Positions 57,598-64,000 of a stretch of DNA of 64,000 bases are shown here, one piece after another. The first letter of the stretch is position 1; the number at the start of each line of letters is the position of its first letter. This DNA is from a virus. The stretch lies in IMG/VR virus record IMGVR_UViG_3300023116_005307, positions 3,588 through 67,587 of that record; one strand, given 5' to 3'. The translations under genes and the position numbers were made by a program. Under the pieces are notes generated by a model, which saw only the letters and a list, made by a program, of their open reading frames with translations, did not search any database and was not told where the DNA came from.

Positions 57598-58621
57598 ATA
57601 ATTCTGCTCCAGTAAAAAATTCTTTATTCAACTTAGTACGTTGCTTATAAAGTGCTACAAGGAAATCGTTGTAATTTTCTATATACTCACGTATCTGTGC
57701 AACCATCTCGTTGCGATGTTTACGATAGCTTGCAAAATCTTCAGTCCATGTACTAGGATATTTGAATTCAGGCAATGCCATTTCACTGTAGCTCAATCTG
57801 TCAGGCACCATAGGAATAGCATCAACTAATGCTCCTTCGTACCAACTAATACCAAGTGTTTCTTGCAAGTTAGCACTAAACACAAGTTTAGCTTCACCTA
57901 ACAAGTTGTGATATTCGTTCTTAGTAAGAGCTCGTTCTTGGCAGACTACAAACTCGTATTCGGGAAGTTGTTCTGCTAAATCACGGAAAATATCTACTTG
58001 CTTCTCAGGGGCAATACGATGCGGAAAGAGTATAAGATCTCGTTTTTCCATACCTTTGTAACTGTCTAAACTGTTACGTAGATACTCCATAGGCCAACCA
58101 ACACGATGTGTTTTATCGTCATCTATGTCTAAACTTTCAGCAAATAAATCTATGTGAAAGTCTGTTGCATAAAAATTATCATCATAGCATTCATACATAC
58201 TTTGTTCTGCATAACGTACCCACGGCTTGTCACCAATTAGCCTGCCTAGGAAATCATGTGGATCATAAGAACCAGCATGCCAAAGGCCGCCAACTCTAAT
58301 GTCGACGCCCAGTAACTCAGCCATGTAGCGAAGCTGGATAACAGTTGGGTTCCACGCATCCGTATATAGGAAATAATCTCCATCTTTCACTTCACCTTTA
58401 CAAAACATTTCACCAATTTGTTCAAGCTGTTTACTCTTGTACACATTGGTGCCACCAAAATTGAGAAATGCCCCAGGCGTAGTAGCCTGAGGCGTTTCCC
58501 CACCACTAATAACTTTTACGTTTTCATTTGTAGCTCGTTGAAGCTGAGCAGGAAGATACTCCTTCCACTGCTTGGTATAGCGTGTGTCAACTGCTTCGAT
58601 GTCTACAATAAAAATTGTCAT
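57578..58621 (-). CDS. GT-B glycosyltransferase (GT4/Glycos_transf_1-like)
   Basis: WHAGSYD, LILFPHRIAPEKQ, FSANLQETLGISWYEG (E-X7-E signature), and PMVPDRLSYSEM. Confidence 0.78.
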   Translation of the reverse strand: MTIFIVDIEAVDTRYTKQWKEYLPAQLQRATNENVKVISGGETPQATTPGAFLNFGGTNVYKSKQLEQIGEMFCKGEVKDGDYFLYTDAWNPTVIQLRYMAELLGVDIRVGGLWHAGSYDPHDFLGRLIGDKPWVRYAEQSMYECYDDNFYATDFHIDLFAESLDIDDDKTHRVGWPMEYLRNSLDSYKGMEKRDLILFPHRIAPEKQVDIFRDLAEQLPEYEFVVCQERALTKNEYHNLLGEAKLVFSANLQETLGISWYEGALVDAIPMVPDRLSYSEMALPEFKYPSTWTEDFASYRKHRNEMVAQIREYIENYNDFLVALYKQRTKLNKEFFTGAELYDAIKR

Positions 58622-58827
58622 TAGTTCCTCCGCTGAGCATGATTCCTACTATTGTTACGAGCTTTTGCTCTTAACCATCCTTGGTGCTTTTTATATGCAC
58701 CCCAAACCCATGACTTATCATTATACAGATCTGCTTCGTCAAAGGGTTTCCCTTCAAAGCGACAGAAGTCGCGAAACTTATCCAAATCATCAAAAATCTT
58801 TTTTACTGGTGGAAAGTTGTTAGCCAT
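58621..58827 (-). CDS. Hypothetical phage protein
   Basis: ATG at 58827 with SD GAGG. IFDDLDKFRDFCR..G..FDEADLY. Confidence 0.65.
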   Translation of the reverse strand: MANNFPPVKKIFDDLDKFRDFCRFEGKPFDEADLYNDKSWVWGAYKKHQGWLRAKARNNSRNHAQRRN

Positions 58828-58843
58828 TTTAATAATCCTCTTA

Positions 58844-59299
58844 TTATGACTTAGGGTAAAAAATAGAACAGCCGTTTTCATTATCTTCAGCTACGCTGAT
58901 CTCTACAAAGCGGCCGGGATACTTTGCAGAAATTTCTTGATACAAGTCATCTGCAATCATCTCACATGACTTGTGGTTAAGTTGTAGTACTGCTGTAGAA
59001 CTATCTACTTCTGCATACAACCGTTCCATCCAGCGTTTAAACTGAATGAATTCAATATCGCGATCGTTATGAAATACTTCAATACGAACACGAAAATGAA
59101 AAATGTGACGATGGGGAATACCTAAGAAACTTACGTCATCCCATTCGCCTGTTGCTAGTTTAGGATCTTTATCAGCACCTGGATACATATGTACACCTTC
59201 TTTTGTAAAGGTTACCCAAATACTTCTTTCTGCATTTTGCATTTTATTATCTTCTTCTTTCATTCTACGTTTCATATATTCATAATATCGTTCTTGCAT
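58844..59299 (-). CDS. queD: QueD-like 6-carboxytetrahydropterin synthase (T-fold)
   Basis: H..P...HRHIFHFRV.IEV...DRDIEF..FK...SCEMIA..LY...VEISVAED matches the 6-PTPS/QueD pattern. Located in the folE/queE/dpdA locus. Confidence 0.7.
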   Translation of the reverse strand: MQERYYEYMKRRMKEEDNKMQNAERSIWVTFTKEGVHMYPGADKDPKLATGEWDDVSFLGIPHRHIFHFRVRIEVFHNDRDIEFIQFKRWMERLYAEVDSSTAVLQLNHKSCEMIADDLYQEISAKYPGRFVEISVAEDNENGCSIFYPKS

Positions 59300-59305
59300 A
59301 TTATT

Positions 59306-59334
59306 ACTATACTTTCTTTATAGAGGTTTGTCAA
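59306..59334 (-). promoter_or_regulatory. Sigma70-type promoter; predicted +1 coincides with the queD ATG
   Basis: TTGACA-17 nt-TATAGT-6 nt-ATG (59299). Confidence 0.7.
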
Positions 59335-59848
59335 GTCCGTATTCACTCCAATCAGTGAATTTTCTATCGTCCATTAGATTGTGTAGCCTATGACACCAAA
59401 CACCTGGATTTGATGAACGAAAGTCCTTGTCATCAATCTTTACCATAGTATTGTAACCAAATTGTTTAATATAAGGAATTGGAATACGAATCTGCGGAAT
59501 GAACAAGTCTGTTTCAACCATTTGAGTTTCTAGTAATCCTTCTGCGTGATCAAGCGGAAGATCTAGTGTACAAGGTATGCCTCGTTGTACAAAATACATA
59601 ATCATATCTTCCCATGTGTCCCAGTTATTTGCGTCTTCAGGAAAATTTACGCCTGGATTAAATGAGTGATTAGCACCAAAGAAAATGTGTTCGCACTGTT
59701 CTTTTTCATAGTGATCTATAATGTCATCTATTTTTTGTACGCCTGTTACAAATAAAGTTTTTTTACCATAAGCAGGGGTACGCTCTACTTCAATGCCTGT
59801 AAAGAACACAATATTGTCGTGCTCTCCTGTTTTGTAATCTCTTTTCAT
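59318..59848 (-). CDS. Hypothetical protein in the deazaguanine locus
   Basis: 176-aa coupled ORF (KTLFV.G...HIFFGANHSF...KIDD.DF..SNPGVWCH). Confidence 0.7.
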   Translation of the reverse strand: MKRDYKTGEHDNIVFFTGIEVERTPAYGKKTLFVTGVQKIDDIIDHYEKEQCEHIFFGANHSFNPGVNFPEDANNWDTWEDMIMYFVQRGIPCTLDLPLDHAEGLLETQMVETDLFIPQIRIPIPYIKQFGYNTMVKIDDKDFRSSNPGVWCHRLHNLMDDRKFTDWSEYGLDKPL

Positions 59849-60054
59849 TCTAAGCCTTTTTGTATCAAGTAAGCATTAATACGATGCATTTCGTCTTTTA
59901 GATAAAGTTTCATAGTTTTCATTCTGCGAACTTCATCAGTCACTGTAGCATTATTATAACGCTCTATTAATTCTGTATCAAGCTCTCTGTGTTTGCGCTC
60001 AAGCTCTTCGTAATGCGCACGAAGTTTATCTTCTTCAGCTTCATAATTGCTCAT
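59845..60054 (-). CDS. Small coiled-coil protein (DUF465/YdcH-like)
   Basis: LERKHRELDTEL...MKTMKLYLKDEM. Confidence 0.65.
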   Translation of the reverse strand: MSNYEAEEDKLRAHYEELERKHRELDTELIERYNNATVTDEVRRMKTMKLYLKDEMHRINAYLIQKGLE

Positions 60055-61585
60055 CCACTAATTCCTCCAACTTATGCTCTTGATCTTCAGTAAATTCACC
60101 GTCGTCAAGGTCTTGGACCTCAGGTTCTTCAATCTCAAAAAGTGCATTAAAGTGTGTACTAGCATTTACAGTTTTTTTACCAATAGCACCTCTAGTACCA
60201 GGTATTGCCATCCAAAAGCGACTATATTCATCTATCTTTGCAAGTGCCTTTTCTTTGTTGTCAATTGCAAATATTTCGTCCACAACATCTCTAAATAGAA
60301 CTCTGTCAAAACGCTCTTGAACAAGCATCCGAGGAACAATTCCATTGTCATATTGTCTGTTTGCTTCTTGGACTGCATTAATATGACTCCATACATTATG
60401 ACCCATTTGGATCGCATATGAAAAACTATCCCAAGATGTTTTTCCTTCTTTGCCTATCTTATTCAGATCTCCGGGAGCATAAGTGCAAACGTCTGATACT
60501 TTAAGTTCGGCTGTAAGCGGGGAGTCTTCAAAGTTTTTAAATATCCCATCTGATATAACAGCGTCTCTAAACAAGCGTTGATCTGTAGCATATTTCTTAT
60601 CGTCAACTGACGGCACCATACGATACGTCCATTTGCTTCTGTCTTCAGTCTCATTCTGAATGTAGATTTGTCCATTCGCGGTTGCCAAGAAAGGACTAGC
60701 ACAATCAAAAGTAATAGTAAAGTTTTCATTATAATTTTTCCGTACTGCACGTTGAATGTCAGTAAGCAAACAAGCCCACTCTAGTTTTGATGTACCTAGG
60801 AAGTGCATTACATCGTGTACACCTTTTTGCAGTAAATTATCAAAATATAGTGTAACAATACGTTTGAGTACTAAATGTACATCACACATATTCTGACCAC
60901 CCATTGCCCAACCATTAAAGTGATTGTCAGGATACTTAACTGGGTCGCAGTAGTCTTTCATCTGCTCATACCAGTCATCTGCGTCTGCGTGATTTTCACC
61001 TTGTAGAACGTTTAAAAACTTACAAGCACCTGTGCGATTTTTCATCCAATAATCATTATTAATACGAGTTGCGGCTACTGCATCTTCGTAGGAACTAATG
61101 CCTGTTGCTTTTGCACCCGCTGGGCTACGAGCAACCCAAGCTGGAATATCAAGGATCATGCCATAGTCCATATAAGCATCCATCCAACGCAACACACCGT
61201 CACGTTTCTTTTGTGCTTTAGGACAGTTAGGATCCTTCCAGTCACCTTCCCATACACCCTTACCGATCTGGAAACCACCTGAGTCGCCTAGTATCCACGA
61301 ATTTTGTCTATCTCTATTACGCACCATATCTTCTTTAGGTGAGTGTTTGTTAACATCAAGTTCTGCATGTCCTGCAGAGTACAGTGTCCATTGATATTGG
61401 AACTGTCCTTCTTGTTTGTTTAAATAATTTAGACTTTCAACACCGTGTGTAAAGTTTGAAGGGATTCGCGACTTATCTACATATTCGTCATAACGCTGTT
61501 TCCCCACATAAGTGGCATAAAAGCCACTTAATGCTGGAAGAAATCTTGCGTAATCGTTTTGTGAAGCAGTTAAGTCTTTGCGCAT
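60041..61585 (-). CDS. dpdA: TGT-family transglycosylase, probable DNA 7-deazaguanine insertase (DpdA-like)
   Basis: ILGDSGGFQIGKG, MILDIP, LNVLQG, GWAMGG, MHFLG and TFDCASP parallel the TGT catalytic motifs. There is no C-terminal CxCxxC Zn motif of bacterial tRNA TGT. Adjacent to the sliding clamp and linked to folE/queD/queE. Confidence 0.8.
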   Translation of the reverse strand: MRKDLTASQNDYARFLPALSGFYATYVGKQRYDEYVDKSRIPSNFTHGVESLNYLNKQEGQFQYQWTLYSAGHAELDVNKHSPKEDMVRNRDRQNSWILGDSGGFQIGKGVWEGDWKDPNCPKAQKKRDGVLRWMDAYMDYGMILDIPAWVARSPAGAKATGISSYEDAVAATRINNDYWMKNRTGACKFLNVLQGENHADADDWYEQMKDYCDPVKYPDNHFNGWAMGGQNMCDVHLVLKRIVTLYFDNLLQKGVHDVMHFLGTSKLEWACLLTDIQRAVRKNYNENFTITFDCASPFLATANGQIYIQNETEDRSKWTYRMVPSVDDKKYATDQRLFRDAVISDGIFKNFEDSPLTAELKVSDVCTYAPGDLNKIGKEGKTSWDSFSYAIQMGHNVWSHINAVQEANRQYDNGIVPRMLVQERFDRVLFRDVVDEIFAIDNKEKALAKIDEYSRFWMAIPGTRGAIGKKTVNASTHFNALFEIEEPEVQDLDDGEFTEDQEHKLEELVDEQL

Positions 61586-61588
61586 ATA

Positions 61589-62317
61589 TTACTTACTCTG
61601 CGCTGGAAGGATATAATCGTATGTTGCCATACCAGAATCTACTGTGATTTTCATAGCGCCTTGATCCGAAATACTCATAGTTAGATCGCCGTCAAGATTT
61701 AAAATAGATTGTACTTGTGCAACTGGCCAACTCCAAGTATGCTGTAGAGCACCTTCTACGCTGTGTTGGAAAACAAATTCGCCTGCGTGTGTACTTGCAT
61801 CACCAAAGCTAAACACTAGATTACCTTCTTTAGTTGTAACATTAAATGTAGGTTCTTCACTATGTGCTGCACTCATAAGTTTCATACGTGCAATGCTTGC
61901 AACACTTGGAGTGAACTCTACATTCCAACTTGCACCTTTGAATTTTACAGTCTTTAGTTTTTCCTCAATGATTGCTTTGTTCATAAAGCGATAATCATTT
62001 TGGAAGTCACCAGCTGCATTTTCAAAGTGAATGTGTGTTGGAACAGTTTCACCATTGCGTTCTGCTTGCACAACTTCAATCTTTGCATTGTCCTTGTACT
62101 CAGGATTTTTTAAGTGCAACGACAGTTTGTCTAGATTAGGCATACCAAACGTGCCTACAAACTCTACTACTGGTGTTGCTGTTTCTGCTGACAAAATCAC
62201 ACTACGATCTTCTGCCATCGAATCAATTGCTGTGCCTTCGTCATTGCTAACTTTTACAAGGCTAAGAAAACCAAGTGCATGAGTATGAGCAACTACGTCT
62301 TGTAAGATATCTTTCAT
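61589..62317 (-). CDS. DNA polymerase sliding clamp (T4 gp45-like)
   Basis: 242 aa, two-domain beta/alpha pattern, FGMPNL..L, C-terminal ITVDSG.ATYDYILPA. Replication context. Confidence 0.65.
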   Translation of the reverse strand: MKDILQDVVAHTHALGFLSLVKVSNDEGTAIDSMAEDRSVILSAETATPVVEFVGTFGMPNLDKLSLHLKNPEYKDNAKIEVVQAERNGETVPTHIHFENAAGDFQNDYRFMNKAIIEEKLKTVKFKGASWNVEFTPSVASIARMKLMSAAHSEEPTFNVTTKEGNLVFSFGDASTHAGEFVFQHSVEGALQHTWSWPVAQVQSILNLDGDLTMSISDQGAMKITVDSGMATYDYILPAQSK

Positions 62318-62342
62318 TTGTATTTCTCCATTGATTTAATTT

Positions 62343-62371
62343 ATTATATTACGTTTTTTATGTTTTGTCAA
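62343..62371 (-). promoter_or_regulatory. Sigma70 consensus promoter for the clamp-dpdA operon
   Basis: TTGACA-17 nt-TATAAT, then SD GGAG. Confidence 0.85.
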
Positions 62372-62912
62372 CTATTTTTCTAAAAGACTTTGTTATACGC
62401 TTTCTATGCCTGGCGGCATGATAAAAACCATCGCCACGTTCCAACCATTCAATCATCCAATCATTTTCAAAGTCTTGTTTAGTAATAGGCTCTTCGTTGT
62501 CAATAGAACTATCTACCATAGAAGGATGTGAAAGAATTGTAAGATTTTTTTCATCCATTAATTCATACAATCCTATATGATTTCCATGAACACAGTTTTT
62601 CCATGCTGCACCGCCAAAAAGTATATTACTTTTATCTTGCAAATTTTTATATAAATCATAATACGAAACAACATCTTCAACATGTAATTCTCTATTAGAT
62701 TTTGTTTTGCTATGTACTTTATATTTTAAACGAGGATCAGTTATATGGAGAGGTAATCCTTTTGTTGCAAATAACACTTGATCAAATTCTTGTGTTCTTA
62801 AAAAAGATAAAAGATTACTATGAAACTTTCTTTGGTTTCTTGCTCTAACTTCATCTTTCCAAAAATTCGGAGTCCAACAATCAACTAACAAAACTGCATC
62901 AAATTTCTTCAT
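62358..62912 (-). CDS. Hypothetical protein (isochorismatase-like fold?)
   Basis: AVLLVDCW...FGGAAWKNCVH loosely resembles cysteine hydrolases. Confidence 0.5.
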   Translation of the reverse strand: MKKFDAVLLVDCWTPNFWKDEVRARNQRKFHSNLLSFLRTQEFDQVLFATKGLPLHITDPRLKYKVHSKTKSNRELHVEDVVSYYDLYKNLQDKSNILFGGAAWKNCVHGNHIGLYELMDEKNLTILSHPSMVDSSIDNEEPITKQDFENDWMIEWLERGDGFYHAARHRKRITKSFRKIVDKT

Positions 62913-63624
62913 ACAAGAAACCTTTATTTTTTAAAAATTCTTTTACAGTGTGTTTTGGTTTAAATCCTAAACTTGACAATTTCATAATATTAGCTTGTGT
63001 CCTTTGTCTTTCCCCCGGTGTATTTAGGCGAATAGGCAAATCTGGTCTTATATTTGAAATTTTTACACAAGTTCCGGTGCCAATATCAATAGGACCTTGT
63101 ATTCTATTGTCATTCATAATCATTCCGATAGCATTACACAAATCTTCTATGTGTATAAAATCTCTTTCATGATTAGTAACATATTCAAGCTTATTGTTTA
63201 ACAGTTTGTCAAAAAACATATTTGCTCTAGGAACATCACCGTAAACAGTATGAAATCTCATAAAGCAAACATTTGGGTGTGGTATATATTCAATTATGTT
63301 TTTACTTGCAGCATAAGGATTAAGATGCGGTTCGTATTGTGAACTCGATCCTGCAACTAGAACTCGTATATTTTTATATCTTTCTAGTATACGCTTTGTG
63401 CCTTCTACGTTATTATACCAATAGCGTTTTGGATCATCCATACTTTCTCTAACACCGCCTATACCAGCAAGGTGTATAACCATATCTACATCAGGTAATT
63501 CGCAAGTTAGTATATCTTGATCTTCATGTTCTTTTACATCAAGACCTATAATATCGTATTCTTTTAAGAACTTACAAAGTTGTGTGCCTATAAATCCTTT
63601 ATGACCTGTTATCAAAATTTTCAT
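62899..63624 (-). CDS. NAD-dependent epimerase/dehydratase
   Basis: ILITGHKGFIG, IHLAG, YAASK, RFHTVYG, RDFIHIED. Confidence 0.9.
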   Translation of the reverse strand: MKILITGHKGFIGTQLCKFLKEYDIIGLDVKEHEDQDILTCELPDVDMVIHLAGIGGVRESMDDPKRYWYNNVEGTKRILERYKNIRVLVAGSSSQYEPHLNPYAASKNIIEYIPHPNVCFMRFHTVYGDVPRANMFFDKLLNNKLEYVTNHERDFIHIEDLCNAIGMIMNDNRIQGPIDIGTGTCVKISNIRPDLPIRLNTPGERQRTQANIMKLSSLGFKPKHTVKEFLKNKGFLYEEI

Positions 63625-64000
63625 TTAATTTCCTCCATGTGTCTTTCCAATCTTGCACATGATAATTTATACCATTTTTATTGGCCGTTGCTAAAGGCTC
63701 ATCGTTGCCTCCTATATGCATTGCATCGCCAAAGAAGATTATTGTGTCTTTATTTAGATCGAAGTCAGTTAGTATTTGACTTTTATCAAAGCCTTTAGGC
63801 GAAATATCTATTCCTGTTTCTCCGCCTACTTTTGCTTCTAGCTCTGGAAACATCACATTAAAACTGTGTGCTATTTTCAGTCTTTCGGCTTTTTTATTAT
63901 CGTATTCTACATATCGAGCACGTTGTTCTTTGTCTGCGCCTCTACCTACAACACTGAAATTTACCATTCCCGGACGATGTTCAAAATGTTGCCCTGTGCG
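63599..64000 (-). CDS. HAD-IIB phosphomannomutase-like (eukaryotic PMM type), 5'-truncated by the window edge
   Basis: The frame is open to 64000: RTGQHFEHRPGMVNFSVVGR...GGETGIDI.PKG.DK...FFGD...GGND. Confidence 0.8.
   Translation of the reverse strand, partial: RTGQHFEHRPGMVNFSVVGRGADKEQRARYVEYDNKKAERLKIAHSFNVMFPELEAKVGGETGIDISPKGFDKSQILTDFDLNKDTIIFFGDAMHIGGNDEPLATANKNGINYHVQDWKDTWRKLNENFDNRS

Noticed and set aside
60041-61585. Ordinary tRNA-guanine transglycosylase (tgt)
   Set aside because: Longer and divergent, lacks the Zn-binding motif, sits next to the DNA clamp, and no tRNA or queA/queG genes are in view. A DNA-acting DpdA is more likely, though unproven.
2407-63798. Many antisense ORFs in the six-frame track (e.g. 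3649-4029, 9142-9705, 25684-26250, 45098-45496, 52900-53253)
   Set aside because: They lie essentially within longer opposite-strand genes with recognisable motifs and show typical antisense composition.
1-64000. tRNA, rRNA, CRISPR arrays, IS elements, alternative genetic code
   Set aside because: Intergenic gaps are nearly all under 100 nt, with no cloverleaf or repeat-spacer pattern and no transposase/integrase motifs. Genes tile completely under the standard code.

Overview
This is an AT-rich, very gene-dense fragment of a large T4-like tailed phage genome. The evidence is a gp45-like sliding clamp, a T4 RNase H-like nuclease, T4-late-like (A)TAAATA promoters, baseplate/tail-fibre genes and no cellular housekeeping operons. 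There are three blocks. (1) 1-12950 (+): baseplate and tail-fibre structural genes, two of which carry an in-frame inserted, nested ~120-aa DUF4214-like module. (2) 13020-42732 (+): a ~30 kb translationally coupled island of glycosyltransferases, seven radical SAM enzymes, methyl/acetyl/aminotransferases, UDP-glucose dehydrogenase, GMP reductase and an adenylation enzyme, followed by a convergent galE and an Mtd-N fibre gene on the - strand. (3) 45082-64000 (mostly -): early/replication genes (MoxR ATPase + VWA peptidase, RNase H, MBD4-like glycosylase, clamp) and a 7-deazaguanine DNA-modification locus (dpdA/TGT-like, queD-like, folE, atypical queE). That locus also holds a GT-B glycosyltransferase, a purine phosphoribosyltransferase, HIT and cupin genes; no queC is visible in the window. 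I saw no tRNA, rRNA, CRISPR array or IS element. All functional calls come from motif recognition by eye, not database searches.
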